Source: Phoronis australis (Eukaryota > Animalia > Phoronida). Taken from it: 64,000 nt of DNA. Location of the stretch: NCBI GenBank assembly GCA_002633005.1, contig NMRA01000139.1:1-64000 (forward strand). Reading direction: 5' to 3'. Shown in pieces: positions 1-13,400 of the stretch (positions within the stretch are counted from its first letter, which is position 1; each line of letters begins with the position of its first letter). The notes under the pieces were generated by a model. The model saw only the letters and a program-made list of their open reading frames with translations. It had not been told where the DNA came from and ran no database searches. The position numbers and the translations under genes are program-made.

Positions 1-1282
1 AGAAAGCGTTAACTCTAAAGACTGTTAAGGCCAAAAACCTTTTCAGGGCAATTTTAACTCGGCTTTAAACGTCATTAAGAGAAATAAGGGTAGTCCAGCA
101 ATTCATCTGACGTCTTGAACGCATCTGGGATTACTGAAAAACTTACCCAAAAGTTCCGCTGACCGCTTTACCGAGTATTCTCAGACAGTATTAATGTTGG
201 CTGAAGCGCACGTGCTTGTTCTTGAAAAACTGCCCTATATTCAGGTCACCCGTGCCAATAGTAGGTAAATTTATTGGACTTAATGAGCTAATTAGAAAAT
301 TGTCATCCCCTAAATGAAGGCTCGTAAATGATAAGCAACCAATTTCAAAGGCCAGAATTTTTTCCTAAATGTCCGCCAAAAACTTTCAAAACTGTGTATT
401 GATTTTGCACATCATCATAGCTTTGTAAAGATTTTAGTTTCCATATCTTCATTTTAATTAACACACTATTGTTGAGTTTATGCACGTCTCATAAATGATT
501 CCAAAAAAATTTCCACTGGGCTCCTTAAAAAGCAGTGCCGCACACCCACTTCCAGATCAGGCAAAGGTTTAAAAAATTAATGTCATCGTGGTTTTTTGTG
601 CATTTAAAAATTATTGATCATGAATTCACTAAAACATCTGTTGAAATGTTTTTTTACAACATACTAATGAGGTCTCATAAATGATTTGAGATTTGGCTTC
701 ACTCAGTGAACATGGTGGTAACTAAAATTTATTTTTTGTTTACGAAAAGCGGCTTCGCTTTGAATATGTCTAGCTAAGTTTCCGAAATGCAATTATTCAT
801 TTCGATTGGATAAGTTTTTATAACAAAGAAAGAGCCTCTTTCTACGTTGTTGTTTTTTCAGCTTCACACAATTTTATGGAACCCTAAGCTAGATCACATT
901 GTGACACCTGCCATGTAAACTGTAGCCAGTCATAAGACACAGCACATTAGACATATTTTTTCTTTACTTTAAAAGTCCTTTGACATTGTTTCATCACTTC
1001 GTACATAATCTATAGTGAGCTGAATATTGGCTTCATCATTTGTAGTGATTCATTGAGAATGAATGTGTAGTGACAACAATTCTCATCTTGGGACGCAATG
1101 TACATTTATATACAACTGCATTCTTCCCAATAACAAAATGTCCAGCTTTTATATTAAATATCCCAGGCTATGAACACTTTTAATTATTTTTGTCATCTCA
1201 AATTTCAGCACTGCATATACCCATCGGAAATTTCCAGTTTTTACATTGAACTTAAGAGTAGATTAGTGGTCTATTGACTTAC

Positions 1283-1411
1283 ATAGCAGGCGAGTTCACT
1301 AGTTATGCTGCCCCCTGTAGTCACACAGTTGGAGTTGGTCAGAGAATTGTTTGGTTGTATTGTGACCATGTTCAGAGGTACGCCCAGTTCAAAGGCCACT
1401 GTCTGAAGCAC
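1283..1411 (-). CDS. AOX/XDH-like exon (VLQTVAFELGVPL...TGGSITSELACY)
   Basis: cag acceptor, gtaagt donor, 129 nt, phase 0/0. Confidence 0.92.
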
Positions 1412-4400
1412 CTGAAACAGAACATGCCTGTCAATACAGCACTGTATATCTTAACAATAGATACAAAACACATCTCTATGTATGTAATAATGTATACTAT
1501 ACAATTTCCCACAAATTGAATAGTGAAGGTATGGCTGTGAAATTTAACTTATGTTTGACACTGAAAAGCTTTAATTAACAACCATAGGCGAGACTGATAT
1601 TTCCAAATCCATTTCTTTTGAAATGTAAATCTTAATTAATCATCCAGGAAAGTTCATAAATCAATAACGACTAAAAATCCTTGAAAGCACTGTGCTACTC
1701 CCTTCTTGAAGGATGGTGGAATATGCGAATGGTTATGAGTTCGATAACGACAGAGTTGAAATCTTGGGTAAGGACAAGAACTAGAGGCGTTAAGGAGGCT
1801 ATCTTCCTTTCAAGGCGCTCCTATTGATCATTTCTGGTGATTAAGAAACAGCAAGAATTGAGTGCCATCTGTCCCGCCACTTTAATCATTCCACCATCCT
1901 CAAGAAGAGAGCAGGGCACTCCTAAGGGTTTCTAGTGTAATGGATTTAACTTTTCTAATTTTGCTGGAATTGCAGCAAAACACGAGAGGTTAGTAATGAC
2001 TGGGACTTAACATGGATGCTTTAAAATATCGCAGCTACCTTGACATCACAACCTTGTCCAGACTCAACACCACCATGAGCGACACCTATGGTTCCATCGC
2101 CGTTAAAGATGGTGACAAAAACAGGATACCTTCCACCTTGCCAAGTGGCACCAAACTTGTGCGGTACAAGTGAAAGAGCCTTCTTCTTCCACCTGTTAGC
2201 CTGCAACATTGTCACTGTCGTTACACAACCCTGCTGTGCGATGATCGAGAATCCCGATTTCACTGATCAGCTAGTCCGGAAACAGCCATGTTGTTATCAG
2301 TTTGACAGCGATAATCATGTGAAAAATTAGCCAACCAATTTTCACTTAGTCCACGTCTTTCATTGTGTGCATTCACCTGATAATTAAGCTTACCTATTAC
2401 ATGCAGCAATTATGTTGTAAACCGTGTGCCTCACGCTAACTGATATTCTGAAGAAATACTATTTCAAGCAACATTCAACAAATGTCGTGAAAATGTGTTT
2501 TTATACTATCATCCACAAACTTTGAACAAAATGAGTGACTTAACTTTCAGGTGTTGATTTTTTTGTGTGACTGTAAAAAAACTTGGACTGGCTCACTAAC
2601 CACAGCATGCATACCAACTAAATAGGCTTGTCTATCAAGTTTAATCGAATGTGATTCTGGATCAGATCATGGAAATTTCTTGGTTTTAACACTCAATTCG
2701 AATGGTACAAAACAGTATTATATGGCTTTGCCAACAATTTAAGATGACATCGTGGCTTTGAGAACATTGTGCATCACTTACATTAACACTGCCTTGATTT
2801 GATTTTCATGCATCTTAACAACTTGAAGTACAACAAACTTCTGAATTACCATGAATACACCATTATATAATTATGTTTATGCATAATTATAATGACTGTT
2901 TGCATACAGCTTTAATATGTTTTCAGAACAATTAAGGCAAAATTACATCAAATTGTTTCTATTCCTGTGAACATATAAGCTTACAAATGGGATTTATGCA
3001 TTCACTCACCTTATTAAATGTCTCAATCTCCTGCTGCCTCTTGGTGAAGTCACTAGATGTCTCTAGCTGTCCAATTAGAGTGTCAACATTCCAATACTTC
3101 AGGGTCATCCCAGTTGGAGTGACCTGAAACATGGTTCCACCAATTACTGTGTCTAATAAAGCTACATGGGATAAAGTCAACTCATAAACTAGACTGCATT
3201 AGACAAATCTTACCTTGACAGGATTGCATGCAAGTGGACGAGAAAGCATGCACCATACCCAAGGGTATCAGTACATCAAAGGCTCAGAAAAAGCCGTCAC
3301 AGATAACAAAATGGGCTAATCGCTATTCATGTGCTTGGCTGAACGTGTTGGATGAGATAATTGCAGAGGCCAACATGACTCAGTTTTAAAATAGTAGCCA
3401 TCATTGACTTCTTAAAATTGGTTCATTATAATTAAGAGAAATTAGCGATAAGTTTTCTTCAGCATTGCAGCTGAGCCAGGAGCTTCAATTTGTGAACTGA
3501 TTAGGACGGTTAGTCACACTCTGGTTTAGGCTCACTTAGGCGTTGGGGTAACAAAATCCCAAATGTTAGCGTAGGAGTGAACTAAGTTTCCAGGTACACC
3601 TCAGTGTGCTAAGCTTATTCAGAACTGTTACCAAGTGATTGCATGCAACCACTTTGAAATTCACTTACACAAATGTATGGTGAACTTTGATGAGAGAGAT
3701 GCTACAATTATTTTATTTTTGCAGTAAACACAGCCTCCTGACCAGGCAGTCTCATCATGCTGCACACATTCACAGATACGTACTTGCATACTTTATTGAG
3801 ATGAAGAATATAAATCGGTAAATAAAACAACAAGAATGGATCAACTGAAATTTTCAGATGTAATAACATCCTTTGTCAACAGAAACAGAAATGTAACGGT
3901 TATGACATGTTCAAGCCAAGTCAACAGTGTGGCAACATAAAAATAAAATGTTCAAGCAGGGCTATCACTTACGCCATCCCCATCTCCAAGATGGTGTTCA
4001 CATGAGAATAACATGTTTGAGGTTTTTCAGACCTAATCACTATGTTTCATTACCACTGAGTAAATTCCCACAAATCGTTACAAGACTCATTTTGGACACA
4101 CAATTGATTCTTTTCAATGTAAAAAACAACTGCATAATTCAAGAAAAGCAAGATTTGTGGATTGGTGTAGAAACTCTATTTTGCCGGTATTGGTGTGAAA
4201 AGGGTATTTGTTACATCTCAGATCTTATGGACAAGAACATGAAGTGGTCATTACCTGGCCTTGTTTGTACAAATTCAGTTTCTTTATCTCTGATGGATCT
4301 TTGTTCAAACTCTTGGCTACATGTTCCATAATGCTTTCAATCAAAAATGTCGCTTGAGATGAACCTGTAATTAACAAATAAACAAATAATTTCACTTATA

Positions 4401-7400
4401 ATAGGATTTGAGCAGATCTTGGAGTATTATATAGTAGTATCACGGGCTCAGTAAATCGCGATATTGACCATAACACCATTTCAAATTGCACATCATTTTC
4501 CCATGACTGAAGTTACAATTAAAAGATTCAAATCTGCTCTCTCTCTCATTTACCAAAAGTTGACTTTACCTCTGCACCACCAACACATAGTCCAACTTAA
4601 CACCATTTGAACTTCATACGAATTCTCACATCATATTTATGTTTGACAGTAAATATAAACCATCAGGTGACTGCAAACCTCCATCAAGGCAACGCAGTTT
4701 CCTCCATTACGCCATTGGAAAGTGTGTTTTCAAAGGCTAAAATTTTCACTGTGACTCTCAATACACATCATTTGCATACGCTTTGAGCATGCTGACACAA
4801 ATCTTCCAATTGCACTAAAAAACCAAAAGTCATTGTTTTGCTTTAAAAAAACCATTGTATGAACCAAAAACCCCGCTAGATACCGATCCCAAGCCCGGCG
4901 TTTCCTTTGAAAAGGAGAAGGGAAAGTCGAATGGTCGGCGACTAAACCGACTCCCCCACCAGGCTTGCCTGGTGAGGATCAGGGTAGTGCAGGAATAAAA
5001 ACAAGACCTGACAAAAGGCAGATGATCCCAAGAGGTCATCCCAGAACCTCACTGCCTTGTGGGCCAAGTTGGAGAGACTAAAGTCTACAGGAAGGACACT
5101 GCAAATGAAAAACCCGTTGACAAAACGCCTAGCCAACGCCTCGATGGTAGGCTAAAAACCCGACAATGATGAACCAAAACATGATAACTTTCCCAAAATA
5201 TAATTACTTATTATTCCTTTATCCATTTCGAGCACCTCCTGGATTAAAAATTAGTATTGTGTGATCGACATGTGATTAAAAGCCCAAACACAGCTTCCTT
5301 CCATAACGAATGTAATCACATGATAATCACATGATAATCATGCGATGAAACAAGAAAATTCTTCGATGGAATCATGATGAGTTTGTCATAACGTCACAAA
5401 AAAGTTTTAAAAAGAATTCAAATTGTGCTGCCGTAGAAATGGCCAGTACGAATGTGTGAGCGGTCAATATGGAAAATTATAAGAGTTGATAACTTCACAC
5501 TCAACCTGTCCATGTTGCAGTCATTTTGAGTCGTCTACGGATTCATGCAAAAAGACAAAAAAATTACCTTTGCTTGGTCCCTTAGTTCTCAGAAACAAAA
5601 ATCTTCAAAAATTTGGATCAAATTTTAAAAATATTCACTAAGTCTGCTAATTGGGAAAGTGTAATTAATGCTTTGGACAATCAGTTAATCGATGGGTGAG
5701 GGTAAAAATGACCTAGTAGTCTTTTGGAACTTAAGGATTCCCTTTACCACTGTAGTATTTAGCAGAAAACCATTTTACCTCTCAGTTGAATTTAGTAAAC
5801 CTACTAATTGTTCAACAGCAGGTAACAGAACCAGTTGTGAATGAAATCAGGAATTAGAGTTTAGACTGGTTTCTTGAAAACAAGTCAACCTAAACTGCAG
5901 TGCTGCAAAGGCAGACAGGTTTGCATGACTGATAAAACTGATATTCACTCACCAGGAGCACGAAGACTGGTGCTGGATGGTGCATTGGTCTTGCACATCT
6001 TTGGAATCACCTGCCAGTTAGCGCAGTAGTACACTGAAATAAACCATATGGTACTCATTGTTTTCTGGGTTTGGAAAATACCGGTATGCTAGTAACTGTC
6101 ATGGAGAAATGACATGTCGATTAACTACTCAATTTGACCCTAGAACATATACCTAATAACCAAAAAGATAAACAAACTTGCCATATCTCATGTTCTCATA
6201 CATGGCAGTGATACCATTTAAAGTTTAATTAACGTTTGCTTGTGTGAACCCTGTGTTAAGTAAGACAGAAATTAAGGCCTTAACATGTTCTTTCTACAGC
6301 ACTAGATGCCAAAAGTGCCATAGCAGGCATGTGAATAATGTATTTTATTGCAGTCGTTGCAAATTGAAAGTCCATTCTCAAAATTTACGCATGAACATTC
6401 CAATGTCAAAACTTAAGACTTGAGCAGCATAAATCTCATAAGGCTACCCCAACCGCTAGAGTTAAGTTCACTGTACCTGACTCAGTGTGGTAATTAAAGT
6501 TCAAGGAGTCTTTGGTGCGTTTATGCATCTATGATCTCGAATAAGCTGACAGATATTAGTCTGCATTCAATTCATACGCCAGTCAGTGTAGTAAGTTAAT
6601 TGTTGCAATCTGTTGATTTAGAACTTGCCTCAAGGTATTACCGCAAATGCACAAAAGTCTTAAAACTGACAATAATAATCAAACAAAACTGAATGTCTTC
6701 TCAAAAAACTCGTAACCAATTGTTTTGACTTTTTAGGTATAAAATTTGTTTTGCGCAAGTCACTGGAATATAAACAATCACATGGACAGTTCAAGCCTAG
6801 TTTCAGTAAATATTTCATGAGTCCTCTTTGTGAACCATGCTTTTAGTATACAACTTTCACAGTTGAACTGTGTAAGTATACACAGCTTAACAAAGGGCAT
6901 GAGGTCATGGCTGAGAAGATCATTTATTACCCTCTGTGGATCAGTGAATAGCCAAGCCCAGAATGCTAGATCAAGTGTTGTGGGTCAGTAGACACATCTC
7001 AGTAGTGATACCCTTGTTCAAATCTATGAAATTATTTGTTAGCATAAACTTTTGTACTTCAAATCATAAGCGCAATAAAACAGAATTGCATTTGCAGCAG
7101 ATGATATCAGTTAGCAGCTTTGTGAATCCGTGTTCCAGTCATGACATCATCAAACAATCACCTTGCAAAGGATAACAAAACTCACTTCAGTCATAATAAT
7201 TGCCAAATAGCATTCATTGAGTTCTATGGACCGCGGCCTGCTTCACTAGAAATTCAAAACTTTAAGCTATTATGACAACATAAAAATAAGACATTCACCA
7301 TGAACGAGAAGACTCAAAAAACCTGATTTTCATCTCAGAGATAATCAAATTGAGACAAGTGTTGTGATGTAGGACCTTTTTACTCGTAATAAGTTCTTCA

Positions 7401-10400
7401 GTGAAACAGTTTCCAATACTTATTTTGAGATGATTTATATCAGAACCACAATAGTGGCATCAAAATAGTGGACTCTCACCATTATCAATCCAATATTTCA
7501 ATAGCAACGCCACATTGTCATTTGGCGAGCATCCTGAATCTTCATAGGCAGTCATCTTTATGCCATTCAGTTTTCCATCCTTTGTAAATCCAACCTGAAT
7601 TGAAGAGAAACAGAGCTATATAAATGGAATTTCAACTTTTCATAACTTAAGGTTAACAGACTTCCTAATTGTCACAAAATTAATGTTTCTTCAAATACTT
7701 TCTAAAATTGTAAGTTTCGATTCATAAAACCAAGCACTTGGTGAGCATGAAAATAATCTGTGAATCACATTCACATGTAAATTTTCGTCTCTAAAGAAAA
7801 GAACCAACTCACTCAATAATCCACAAATCTTTAATCACATGCGATAAGTTTTTTTCTGCTTGTTAATTTTAAAGCGGTTCTGGGTTTATTTTCACAGGAA
7901 AAAACAGAATTTGCAAGGTTTATGTTGAAATTTTCATGTCTGTTGAAGTAACATCGATCTTTGTAAAAGTAGGATTTCTAGTAAAACCGCAATCAAGTGA
8001 TAACAAATATTTTTGGATTACTTTCCGACACGAGATCTAATAGCAGTCAAAAATGAAGATTCCTGAAATGTCGATTTCACGAGTTAAACCTTTCGTATTC
8101 AAAAAATACTGAGGAAATGAAATCGTTGCGAATGAATGTCTGTTACCTGAGGAGTATTTAGCAAAAACATTACGGTACAAATTCTCCAGTCTGGGACATT
8201 CTCTATAATTTGGGACACTGAAATTCAAGCCAAAATTTAATTTTCTTGATTCTGAAGATTAGGGCACACGTAATTGAGGCGTTTATCATATTTCTCAAAA
8301 AGTAAGCATTGCATTTTGTATTAACAACGTCTGAAATAAAATTGTTAAAAATGCCAGGCAAAACAATACATTTCTGTCTCATAATTCTTGAATTTGGGAT
8401 AGTCAATATTGCCTGTTTCTAAAATTAGGTACATCAGTGAAATAATAAAATTTTTATTGTCACAAGCTGGAAACTGTTTACCGTAATCTAAATATTTGTT
8501 TGAAGTAAATGATAACTAGCATTTAACTAAAATACAAGAGAACTATCAAAACAGATTGCCAAAGTCAATTCTTTAGACAAAATACTTTTTGCCATGCCTC
8601 AAAAGATTTGTAGTTTAAGGAAAATGAAGTGATCAGTTTTCCTACATTACATTTTAAAAAAAATGAGTAGTGTTAACAGCTTATACTCTCTTGTATATTA
8701 GTGAACTAGATTTAGAAATAGTCACCTGATAATCGGCCATACACGGATGTCTGCCTCCAATGGAGGCCATGTTGGTTTTGAGGTCTAGCTTCATATAAAC
8801 AGGTCTATAATGTAAAGACATGTGGTATTTTAACAGGGTGTTGAGCATACTAGAAACTGGCAGACAGGTGGCGTCATTGTTAGGTAGGGCGTGACCTGTG
8901 ATGATGTGTATTGTATTTAATGATTAGCCATTGTTCCATGTCACCGAGACTTGTGCCTCGGATGTTCACTTGTCTTGTCCATGTTGGGGTGTAATAATTT
9001 GTGTTTGATGAAGTGCATGGTAAACCTTTAGCAGAGATCATATTTCTATGTTTAGTGCTACGTGTAGTTCTAATTTAAAGGAATTGTGAGTTCTCGGGTT
9101 TTCTGCATTAAAAGTTTGCATTGTTCATCGTAGGGAGAGTTCTTGGCATGTTCAGTGTGAGTAAAAGTATTTGAAGTTTAAAACTTTGGCAAGTTTCATT
9201 TAAATACAACCAGATGTGCAACTTGCCTTCCAATACAGAACACTTTCACTATATTGTATGAGCAACACAAAAACTTTGTTGTCTGCAGACTCACCAGGTG
9301 ATAAGATGTCAGACTAGTTATGTAACTGATTTCATAAAGTTAACGCAGACGCAAAGAAATTCAAAAAATAATAAATATCATTTAAAAAGAAATACAGACC
9401 TGTTTAAAAAGAAATACAGACCTGTTTGTGTGGGAGGCAGCCAAGGCACACGCACAAGACACCAGATGGTTGCGCGTAATGCGAGCACCAAATGACCCAC
9501 CAATGCGTCGCTGGGTCAGTTGTATACGACTATTATTCATGCCAAGAACATTTGCTACAGCACGCTGGACTCCATCCATCCACTGGGTGGTGGGGTGCAG
9601 TAGCAGGCCATCATCTGTGGGTATGGCTCGACACACCTGGCCAATACACAATGAGCATATGTCAACAAGAGTAACGTGAACAAAGTGCACCCCTAAATCG
9701 TTTGTTTTCTATGGCTGCTTATCACTTTCATGTAAGGTACAAGGAGAAAGCAATTTGACAACACGGGTTGCAAAAGTCAGAATTGACAGAAAAGAGTTGG
9801 TACCTTACCTTTTAAAAACAAAGCATAATTCAAAATGTAAAAAATAAACGGATTTCATTAATTGCTACAAAGAAATAAAACATGTCACCTTTGGGACACA
9901 AGAGCATTAGGCGTTCAAAAATTACTAGGTCTGGCCTCACTTCTTTTCAAAAAGAACTATCAGGCATATGTGCACCCAGCCTAAAACATAGGGGGCTCGA
10001 ACTTTTGGGTATGCCGACTGTTTACTGAAATAAATCAACGAGAACTAAAAAAAACAGGAACATTCGGTCCAGGCCTACGAATTGTGCATCCGTGCCAAAT
10101 TCCTATGGACTTTTGTCTCGTTTGCTCGGACTTTTTGTTTCATTGAGGCAAACTTTTTTGCCCAATTCACCAAATTGGAGGGCTCATTTGAGCCCCCGAG
10201 CCCACCCGGGTGCCGCACCAGGGGGGCTCATGTCATCAGGTTTGGAAAATTTAAAGATGGACACAAAACGACAAAATGGTCAAAGCAGTTGTTGGATACA
10301 AGGGGAGTTATATTAGTCTAATCGACCCAAACATAAACTGCTATCAGCGCATTGCTGTTGCAGTACATCCGCGTCTAAGTTTCAACGAAATCCATCCATT

Positions 10401-13400
10401 GGTTTTCTAGATATCATCTGGAAACACTCTTATGTCGTGTTACATCTTCAAAGTTTGCCTATTGAAGTTCTCGTGAGCCAGAAATATGATGGCTCACAAA
10501 CATTCCAAAAGAGTTGTTGAGACCAAAACAGCCACTAGGAGGTGCTTCAGTTGTCTGATCCACCCAAAAATCTACCAGCGGTGACACCAATTATCTTCAC
10601 ATGCCTCTAACCCTTATTAAATTGAACTCAGTTCAATGATTCTCTAGATATAATCAAGAAATGCTTTCCCCCAAAGTATGGCTGGAAGAACTCCTTGCCT
10701 AGATCAAAATGTCTATAACAGGCCATATCTTGTAAGAGTTATCTTAAAGCACAAAACAGACATGTTCCTACAGTATACCAATCAAATCCTCTTTTGCGTT
10801 CCCAGTAGAGCTTGAATATTGAAACTGATGCACAATCAGCAAAATTTTGAAGAATTCAATTAAAAAAAAAACAAATAAAATGTCAACAAGTGTTACAATA
10901 CGGCATTTCAAACAAGCACCAAAGACTTGAGACGTGATCGAGACAAATAAGTTCAACAACCAAGTGTGTCACAGGCAAGACCCACCTGTGTCTCCATGTG
11001 AAAGTGGAACTGACCTCCCAAATACACCTTTCCACTAACTGTGTTGGTAGACTTGCTGATGGCACCTGGAATACATGTGAGATGATGTTGGAGAAATTCA
11101 TAAACTAATTACAGTTTATAATTCTTTACTTAATACTATTTATAGCACACAATATGGCCGACCTGGGAAATTTTATTTTGACAAATATCTCCACAAAAAA
11201 TACAGTAAATTATAGTCTAAAATACTAGCGTAGTTTTTTCTCAGTGTATAAGTCGCAAAACAAATTTTGGTAAAATTTCCAATAATTTGAAGGACAATAA
11301 TCACACTTGAGAAAGTCTTACACCCCTAACAGGATTTGGAAATAAGTGGACAAGAAAGCGTGCACTGTTATTAACCTCAGTCAGTATGCAGCAAATTTCT
11401 TGGCACATCAAAGACTTGATGGCACCATTATGGATTGAAATGACCTAGTCGTTATTTATGTTTAGCGTATGAGTTAACTTCCAAAGTATAAAAACAAACA
11501 AGTAAGACAAATGACCAAGTATAACATGACTTTTTAAAATTGAAAAAGTAAATAGTGGCACGAGTCTTTAAATTTTTATAATCGATGGACTAAAAGAAAA
11601 ATTTGATTGACTATAGGTTTTCTTCTGCATCGCGGCTAAGCCATGAGTATTAATTTGTGAATAGATTAGGATGGGTTAGTCACAGTCTGGCTCACGCCCA
11701 CTATTGGGTAACAAAGCCCCAAATGTTAGCGTAGGAGTTGCCTCTTGATGCAAAGTAAGTAGAGAATTACCGCAACTCCTCTAAATTTCTGTCAAAAAAC
11801 AGCACAGGTTATCTCTCTATTCCATTCAAACATTGAAATCTATAGTGGAAAGAAGTGCACCACTTAATGCACCATGAAACTACAACGCTGCGTTATACGG
11901 TAAAAATGTGACCAGAGCCTGATGAACGTATACATTACACAGACTACTGAACTATTGTTCTATTTCCAGCTATATTTGTAGCCAACCTACCTTCATTCCT
12001 GTGTTGGCCAGTTTCAGTCAGAGAAATGAGCAACTCAATAATCCCACCCATGTAAATAGGCTATAGAGACTGGTGTAAATTGAGCAAAGGTTTTACAAAT
12101 GGTGAATTTCCCACAGAAACCTACATTTTTACTAAAATTTTACCATCAGCATCTCCAACTTTGAGCGTGGCACTTGGATCGACGTCAAAGTAGGAGCCAG
12201 CAGCAATAGCCTGATCAATGTTTAGTATTGGAGTCCGCACATTCTTGTATGTCACTTTCACCAGGTCGACTGCATAGTAACCCAAACCTTCTGTCTCTGA
12301 AATAATGTTAGGGTACTCAATGCAACTGAATGTCCATGGCTCGGTGATCAATGATCAGTACATCATTGGACCAACAGTCTATACTTACAGGTATGCAAAC
12401 CTGCAATCACTGTTTTCTTGTGAAGATCATCAGGATATGAACACAAACACCGCCATTTTCTGCTACAGGAAAGTATGGTCATCAGCAGAACATATTGTAG
12501 TATCTCATGTATTTTTTGAAGTCCTTAATATGCCATAGAACACAGTGCAGTATTCCATGTATATTTGAAGTACTTAACATGCAAAAGAACACATTGCAAT
12601 AGTTCAGGTATATTTGAAGTACTTAATACTCCAAAGAACACATTGCAATATTTCATGTATATTTGAAGTACTTAATACTCCAAAGAACACATTGCAATAT
12701 CTCATGTACATTTGAAGAACTTTTAAGTAAAACATTCCAATGCCCTAACACTGTTAACATTAACTTGCTTGGCACTAGATTTCCAGAGACTGTCAATTAA
12801 TATGAAAATCACATTTATGAATATAGAGTAAAGTTGACAAACAAATGTGTAGGCTATGCAAGTTCTTTTTTTATGATCGATCATGTCCTACAATTTGGAC
12901 ACAAGACAGATACAACAACTAGTCAAAAATAGAATATTAAGGTTATTTCAGTTAGAAATGGTTCATTTATTGAAAGAAACTGCATGTGCCTTTTCATTTT
13001 ACTTAACAGCCCAGTCCATGCTCTCTCGTCTCGGGCATTCACATTTTTGAACCTAATCGTTGGCACAACTGGTGTGTAAAGGAGTATTTTGATCATGGCC
13101 TTTAAATCAAAGATAAAACACAGGCAGTTAACAGACTTGGCAGGTGGAGCAACATGGTTGTAAGCAAGTGGATCAAGGTGGGTAACTGACTAAAAAATGG
13201 TGATTCGAAAGTAAACTACAGGAAAGTTAGGCATCACCAAGGGAGTTAGGCATCACCGAGGGAGTTAGGCATCACCAAGTTCTAATGTTGGTAATGAATT
13301 CGTAATTTTTGCCTTCATTTCAAAAGTCACTTATATCTGCTTCAAAAGAAGGATAAGCGTTGTAAAGATCAGTCTGAGGTAAAGCAATTCAGAGATTCTG

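Noticed and set aside
143-240. Possible further AOX exon ending at a gtaagt donor on the minus strand
   Set aside because: No frame resembles the expected next AOX segment
3927-4331. 134-aa plus-strand ORF
   Set aside because: Chance read-through of a LINE fragment into the antisense of an AOX exon
12488-12720. Regularly spaced repeat resembling a CRISPR array
   Set aside because: Contiguous 49-bp tandem units with no unique spacers, in a eukaryotic intron
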